Position numbers and translations under genes: made by a program
Shown here: positions 57,658 through 64,000 of the stretch, in pieces
Numbering within the stretch: position 1 is the stretch's first letter
Layout: each line of letters starts with the position of its first letter
The notes under the pieces: generated by a model
What the model was told of the DNA's origin: nothing
What the model saw: only the letters and a program-made list of their open reading frames with translations
The model's database searches: none
From: Amphiscolops sp. MND2022
Taxonomy: Eukaryota
Reading direction: 5' to 3'
Length of the DNA: 64,000 nucleotides
NCBI GenBank assembly: GCA_964187785.1
Contig: OZ076409.1
Span: 56,732,001-56,796,000, forward strand

Positions 57658-59343
57658 CTATTCCGGCCCTATGCTCAGGATGGACACGTACACGCGGTTA
57701 TGCAGCACCACGTCAATGCCAGTGCCCTCAAGCAAATTCGTTAGGGTATGGTACAGGTTCACCAATGAGAGGGCGGGTCGTTCTGGATCCAGTATAGGTA
57801 GGTGGACCCTCGTGGATCCTTTCTCTATCAAGCGCTGTATCAAGTGTGTCATACAACGTAGGTAATCGTCGGTGAGCAGCGGCTCACGCTGGTTTGCTCT
57901 AATTATCAGTAAGTGAATACTCTGATTGGGGTTAGGATTGATATCAGAGGGAATGGTGAGAATTTCTCCCACGTTGGGACGTAGGGAGAACACATTCTCC
58001 TTGCCACACTCCCGTAGCACGTACCGTAGGGCGGCTGAGTTGGTCTCTAGGTCAGCGGGACACGCTAACACCATATCACCTTCTACTTGTAGAAAATCAG
58101 TCACATCATATGAGAGGTGCTCTGTTGGGGCTGGATACAGAGCTCCCGGGTAGATAATTTCTCTCCCCGGCCCATTGTCGGCAGGCAAGCATACGCGGGG
58201 CGTGCGCCCCTGGACTGCAGCCAGGTCTTGCCACACCGAGCGTGGCATCGCACGATTATCACTGCTCGCTTTGACCCATGTGTCCAGGGTGCTTAAAGCG
58301 GCTTTTGGGGAAAGCGAAATTTCGAAAGTATGAGTCCACTCATCCAGCAATCTAATGCGAGGATAATTGGTGAAACAAGTGATGATCAGTTCCAACCACC
58401 ACGCGAACTTCACTTTGCCACGAAACCAGTCTATAATTTGGAAGCAAAGTATCAAGTCCGCAGTAATGAGGGTCCTGAGACCTTCCAAGCAGGACAACAG
58501 GTGCAGTGGTTCCACTATTGCCTCCACTCGTGGAGCAGTAACCAGCAACCACAAGTGCGGTGCTGGGCTGTATACCCCGCCCGGGTCCACGTGAATTCCA
58601 TATTTGTCACCGAGAAGATCAGCGGTGATGCATCGGACCATTTGCACAGGCTCCCACTCGAATTTGAATGGTCCAAACACGATATTGCTGGGTACTGGGG
58701 GCATCACCGTGGCAAGGGTAAACTCTAACCCTTTTCCGTCGCTAGTCCACTCCTTGAATCGGGGGCATGGAGCTTTTGCTACTCCAGGTGATGATAACTT
58801 CTCCAGAATAGTATCCACGGGATATGCTCCATATCGTTCTAGGGAGGAATAAGTCTTTTCAGCCCTCACCGTAAGGCGATGCACTAGATTTTCTCCCCGC
58901 TCCGGAGGAACTCCCCGGGCTCCAGTGGGAACCCTCCGGTTCTCATTGACGGCTAGCAAGCAGACACAGTCTCGCAGCCCACAGGTTCCGCATTTGTAAC
59001 GTGGCTGCCGCCTGCTTCTCAACTGGTATCGAGGGGCTTCAGAAGCCTCGGTCGGCATTGCTGTTTCTGATGGCCTTGTTGTTGGCGTTTTCTCCTTCCT
59101 TGTTCTTGCCTTCGCTCTGACCAGCCGTTTTCGCGTTTTGGGTGGTCTCCCCCTCCCCCTTTTGAGAGAAGGAGCGGTCCCCGCTCCGGGCAATGTTATG
59201 GGAAGAGTAGGCACATTGGACTGAGCGTCGTCATCGTCGGTGGCGGACTTCAGAGGGAGTGAAGGAGCGGCCGGCCAAATAGGGTAGTTGTTGAGGAAAC
59301 TCGTCAGTGATGGATTTGTCAATAATGGGGATGATGTTCCCAA
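57658..59343 (-). CDS. Element C Pol tail: AT-hook, Cys cluster and tandem macrodomains in one frame
   Basis: 561-aa ORF running from NPSLTSFL..YPIWP (Pol tail in A) through KRGRGRPPK and CGTCGLRDCVC to the macrodomains. Confidence 0.85.
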   Translation of the reverse strand: MGTSSPLLTNPSLTSFLNNYPIWPAAPSLPLKSATDDDDAQSNVPTLPITLPGAGTAPSLKRGRGRPPKTRKRLVRAKARTRKEKTPTTRPSETAMPTEASEAPRYQLRSRRQPRYKCGTCGLRDCVCLLAVNENRRVPTGARGVPPERGENLVHRLTVRAEKTYSSLERYGAYPVDTILEKLSSPGVAKAPCPRFKEWTSDGKGLEFTLATVMPPVPSNIVFGPFKFEWEPVQMVRCITADLLGDKYGIHVDPGGVYSPAPHLWLLVTAPRVEAIVEPLHLLSCLEGLRTLITADLILCFQIIDWFRGKVKFAWWLELIITCFTNYPRIRLLDEWTHTFEISLSPKAALSTLDTWVKASSDNRAMPRSVWQDLAAVQGRTPRVCLPADNGPGREIIYPGALYPAPTEHLSYDVTDFLQVEGDMVLACPADLETNSAALRYVLRECGKENVFSLRPNVGEILTIPSDINPNPNQSIHLLIIRANQREPLLTDDYLRCMTHLIQRLIEKGSTRVHLPILDPERPALSLVNLYHTLTNLLEGTGIDVVLHNRVYVSILSIGPE

Positions 59344-62300
59344 TAAGGAGGACTGTTTTTCGGGAGAAGATATTTGTGGTGACGGAGAGCGCGCACGCTC
59401 ATGGTCTGAGAATAGTTGAGGTAGACGATGGGTAGGTGATATCGATTAATCTGAAGGGGAGTGGGGGACTTCGGGTTCCCTACGATCAGCATCAACGGGA
59501 TCAGGAGGTACCGGCAACATGACTTCGGATAATTCGTCGTCAGTGCCCGAGGTAGAGTAGTCGAACTGCTGGTAGTGCATGCGGGAACCTCCGGCACGCA
59601 ACTTTGTGCGTAGGCGGGTATCCATCCAATGGTGCTTGCGCGAAGGCAAGGATACGTCAGATGCTTCTGAAAGCAATTGTTCAGTTTTATAGGAAGGCTG
59701 GGACTTATCATCATCAACCACATCGATAGAGCGTTCAGGGTCAGGGTCGATGAGCACCACTATTTCGCCGCTGTTCGCTTGCGCGGCAGCGAGCTCAAGG
59801 GGCCCACTGTGATGAGGTTTCAGGCGCTCAAAATGAACTTTTTGGCCTGTGTCCAACACGTAGACACGCCCTTCTTGGAATACCTGTACTACTTTATGCG
59901 GGCCACGCCAGGCACGCATCAGTTTGGGGGAGCCTTTTTGCGGCACATAGCGGCAAAAAACCCAGACAAGCTCTCCTGGCTGGTAGGCCGTGCCCGAATA
60001 GCACGATCATACTTCAATTTTTGGCGTAATTGGGCCTGGTGCGTATTGCGCCGGACCAAGTCGTGAATTTCTTGTTGGCGAGCCAACACATGATCCACGT
60101 ACGCTTCATGCGTATCAAAGGACTTGGCTGCAAATTCAGGGTATAAAAAGGTGAGGGGGATTGCTTTCTCAACACCTCTAGTCAACATGTAGGGCGAGAA
60201 GCCAGTAGTGGCGTGCCTGGTAGAATTATAGGCACTAATCACTTCATCTAAGCACTGGTCCCAGTCGCGCATGCGGCGCGAGCAAAAGACTCGTAATAAG
60301 GTTAAAAGGGTGCGGTTTTGTCGTTCCACCAAACCTTGAGTTCGAGGATGTCCGGCGGTGGAGGTCACTTTAGTGACGTGAGCTGCCTTCAAGAACTCAT
60401 TAGAGTATTCAGCAGTAAGGTTTGGAGCATTGTCTGATTGCATGCGAGTGGGAGTGCCATGGCGGGCAAACCATTTCTGCAGCAGCAATCGTGAGGTGGT
60501 CACTGCGTCATAGTTGTGGTGACTACAAGGGACTGCCTCTGCAAATTTGGAGAAATGATCTATGATGACCAAAATGCCGGTGTTGTTATTATCAGAGGGG
60601 CAGATTTTTAAGTGGTCATACTGGACCAGCTCGTTAAAATAGCCACTCTGAATGTTTTTCAGTTGAAATCGTACGTCACCAGGCTTGTCACGTACTTGTT
60701 GACAGGTGAGGCACTGGCCGACGTATCGACCGACACTGCGCCGTATGCCGGGCCAGGTGTGGCGCTCTTGGATTCGAGCTACCACTTTTGAGATGCCTTG
60801 GTGTCCCATGGCGTCGTGCGCACGGAACAGAATTTCATGCTGGTATAGCTGAGGCATTATGATCATGCACGGACGTTCGTGCAATGGACGTTGGGTGGGC
60901 GAGTATTGCACACAAAGGACATCATTCTTGTTTATGAATAAGAGGTCTTTTTTTGGCGAAAATAGTTACGTGCGAATTCACGCACGTTCTCGGGAAACAC
61001 ATCGTTATCTAGGGATTCACACTGCACGAGCTTTTTCAGTGCTAGCACATGGACGTCGCGGTTTTGGGCTAGGACCAAATCCTTGATCCCATGTACGGTA
61101 TGGGTGTGTTCATGAAGCTCCGTGTCAATGTCCTGGAGGGCCATAATTGACTCTCGCACGCCACAAGGAAAATTCTGTAACGTGGCGTTATTCGTTTCCG
61201 CCACAGAATAGATAGTACGAGAGGGGACATTTACTGCATGCGTTGGCAGCAGGTAATCCTCGCTCGCCTCGGTGGTGACGTCTATCCAGTCTTCTGGATA
61301 GTCTGGGTGGAAGTCCTCGTGCTTTTGCAGCACGGGTGGAGGCTTGGGCGGTAGAGGTGCGGCTAGCGCCTTTGCCTGCCGTTCTCGCTTATTCGCTCGT
61401 TGCACACGGCGAAGCACGCGAAGTGCTTGGTCAGGAGCCTAAGGCTCCAAATTCTGCAGATGTGCTGGTAAGTCAGGGTGATTTGGAATTATTCGACCTT
61501 GCAGGTCGAACCAGAGGGCTACTGGGAGGTTGTCGAATTCCTCGGCCGAGAGGAAATTCCAACGCTTTCCTGTGGCGGGCAGCTGTGCAAGCTGCTTTTC
61601 GCGGTATCGATAGTCGTTGGTTCGTTTGCTCAAGCCATCAGCATTGCGGTGTTGAGTTCGCGGTCTGTGTTCCACACGAAAGTGATACTTGTCCATGATC
61701 CAACGTCCAATCAATGCTTGGTCTGTAGAGTAGGTCTTCAACCAAGATAGGGCTTGATTATCGACTCTCAGGGTGAACTTTCGGGGGCAAAGGTAGCTGT
61801 GGTTTTTCAGGATGAAGTAATAGGCTGCAAACATTTCTAGCTTGGGTGCCCCGTATTTGGCTTGGGTGGTGGTTAATTTCTTGCTGCCGTATATGATCGG
61901 TCGCAGGCGTCGCTCTCCTGGAGCTCCTTGCCACTGATGTAGAATACCGGAAATGGCAACAGCGCTGGCATCGGTGTCCAGCACAAACTCTCCTTCGGAA
62001 TCGGGCTGCGCGAGCGCAGTCGCCTCGATCAATGCCTTCTTGATCTCGTTGAAGGCCTTTTGTTGTTCGGGGCCCCATGCAAACGTGGCATTCAGTCCAG
62101 TGACGGCGTGGAGGGGCGCAACCAGCTTGGCATGCCATGGGATAAATTCACGATAATAATTAGCGAATCCCAAAAAACTTTGCATCTCTGTCTTGTTGCG
62201 AGGGATTTCCCAGTCGCGCAATTTGGCAACAGCCTTCGGGTCCGGCTTGACACCTTCTGCAGAGACCACGCGTCCCGGGTACTTGATTTCTGATTTCATG

Positions 62301-63973
62301 AAATCGCATTTGGCCACGCGCATCTTGAAGCCAGCCTCGCGGAGGCATTCAAAGACTTCGCGCAGACGCGCCATCTGATCTTCCACAGTCTCCGTTGCTA
62401 TTACTATGTCATCAATGTATGCCATGACCATGCTGCCTTTGCGATTAACTATTTTTTGTAGCGCTCGCGCTATTGCTCGCTGGAAAGTGGCCGATGCATT
62501 GCACAAGCCAAATGGCATTCTCCGCCATTCAAAGAGTCCCAACTCACAGGCAAAAGCAGTCTTGTGGCGGTCCGCCTTTCGCAAAGGAATTTGCCAGAAG
62601 GCCCAGGCAAGATCTATGCTAGTGTAGATCTTTGCATTGCCCAGTCGCGCCAGGCTTTCGTCGATGCGGGGCAAGGGGTAGGCATCCTTAATGGTCACTT
62701 CGTTTAGCGGTCGGAAGTCGCAGCAAAAGCGCAACTCCCCGCTTTTCTTTTTTACCATTACGATGCCACTTGCCCAAGGGGACAGTGAGTGTTGTATCAT
62801 CCCCAAGGCCAGCAGGCTTCGAACCTCCTGGTTGGCTCGTTCAGCCTTTTCGGGGGACATTCTGCGAGCACCTTCACGGTGCGGTACAGCCCCAGGCTCT
62901 ACCTCTTTCGTGTGTTTAGCAATGGTACAGCGGCCAATATCCGCTTTACGCTTCATGAATAGGTCATCGAACTCGTTAAGAATGTTGTCCAAGGACTCGC
63001 AAGCGCTAGCGCCCCAGAGTTTCTTAACCTCTTGCAATTGAGAATCGGGCCCAGGGATCGGGGCCAATAGGTCCGGGTCGGTGCGCTTACGAATCTCGCG
63101 CTCCGAGAGCCCCGCTTCACTTGGATCCGTCGAAGACAAAAACTCAAATTCAGACGAAGAAGTCAACTCAGAAGCAGTGGATAGATTCATTTCACTGTAC
63201 ACTTTATAAACAAAATTTGCTCGACTGTTGTCGGCTTCAGTTTTATGGTCAGTTTCTGCAGTAGCATCCAGACTTTGGGGCACAGCCTGATATACTAAGG
63301 ACACAGGCACTACCGTGCCCAGGTGGACACCACATCGTACACGTTGCTGGTTGCTGGTGAGGTTTATCAGACTCACGTACAATGTTCCTGTCTCACTGAC
63401 AGTGGCCACGCTGTTCTCTAAAAAGATGGTATTTTGCAATGAGGGATCAGACAACGAGGCGTTAAGCGCCACGGTCTGAAAAATTAGTGGTTCAAGCGCG
63501 TCGGTGACAAGTTTAGCCTTTGCCACTGTACGCTCGAAAGGCTGTAGGACCAAATCACTGTCCAGAGCAAGGGGAGTAGTTAGCGAAGCGTCACCTACCT
63601 GGGTGTGTGCATGATGCCAGACGGGTTTCACTGGTGCTCGCACCACTATCTTCATGGAGGTTAGGTCTACCAGGACTTGGTAGGAACGGAGGAAGTTTCG
63701 ACCCAGCAGAAAGTCCTCCACACCCATCGCGTCATCTACCACAACAAAATTGGTTTCGAGTTCATACCCTCCCAACTGGAAGCGAACTTGCTCAGCTAAC
63801 CCGAAGGTCTTTATTGTCTTCCCATTGGCAGCGTACAAATCAATTTGATAGGGTTTCAGGACCGCACCGGTCCGTGCAGCTACCCGATTAAAGGCGGAGA
63901 AGGTTAGTATGGACACCCCGGAACCAGTATCCACCAAGCCTCGCAGTGGGATAGGTGCCGCATGGGGCACCAC
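59344..63973 (-). pseudogene. pol: Element C pol (PR-RT-RH 61439..63973; spacer 60932..61417; integrase 59919..60911; tail 59446..59946)
   Basis: LVDTGSG, YIDD, LDTDAS, HHCC and DDE motifs present but split by a stop at ~61439 and several frameshifts. Confidence 0.92.
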
Positions 63974-64000
63974 AAAGGAGACAACAAGCGACGCACGCTC

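Larger units (their letters stand above)
51644..64000 (-). mobile_element. Element C: diverged, decayed second copy of the giant Gypsy family (5' part beyond the window)
   Basis: Same order as A: LTR, PPT, 3' UTR, ORF3, macro tail, IN, RH, RT, PR; multiple frameshifts and a premature stop. Confidence 0.96.

Overview
AT-rich eukaryotic (animal-like) genomic DNA made almost entirely of transposable elements; no host gene could be supported. The main feature is a giant (18,878 bp; 14478-33355, minus strand) Ty3/Gypsy LTR retrotransposon, element A, with 722-bp LTRs that look identical by eye. It has a tRNA-Arg-type PBS and a ~2.7-kb leader. Its gag-pol polyprotein (~3,140 codons once two 1-nt frameshifts are repaired) contains a duplicated protease, an AT-hook and two tandem TARG1/OARD1-like macrodomains after integrase. 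A second ~1,415-codon gene sits in the env position but is not env-like: it carries a degenerate SGNH/GDSL fold, a conserved splice acceptor upstream and conserved 3' RNA hairpins. A diverged, decayed second copy (element C, 51644 to the window end) and an older solo LTR (2826-3533) show the architecture is a family trait whose extra genes appear to have been under purifying selection. Also present: a complete young 6.1-kb Mag-like Gypsy element (B, 39993-46128, TSD TAAAT, RT motif WLDD), a Copia relic, a non-autonomous hAT with an 8-bp TSD, MITE/foldback elements and a 176-bp spacerless palindrome. Domain calls are by-eye motif recognition, not database searches.
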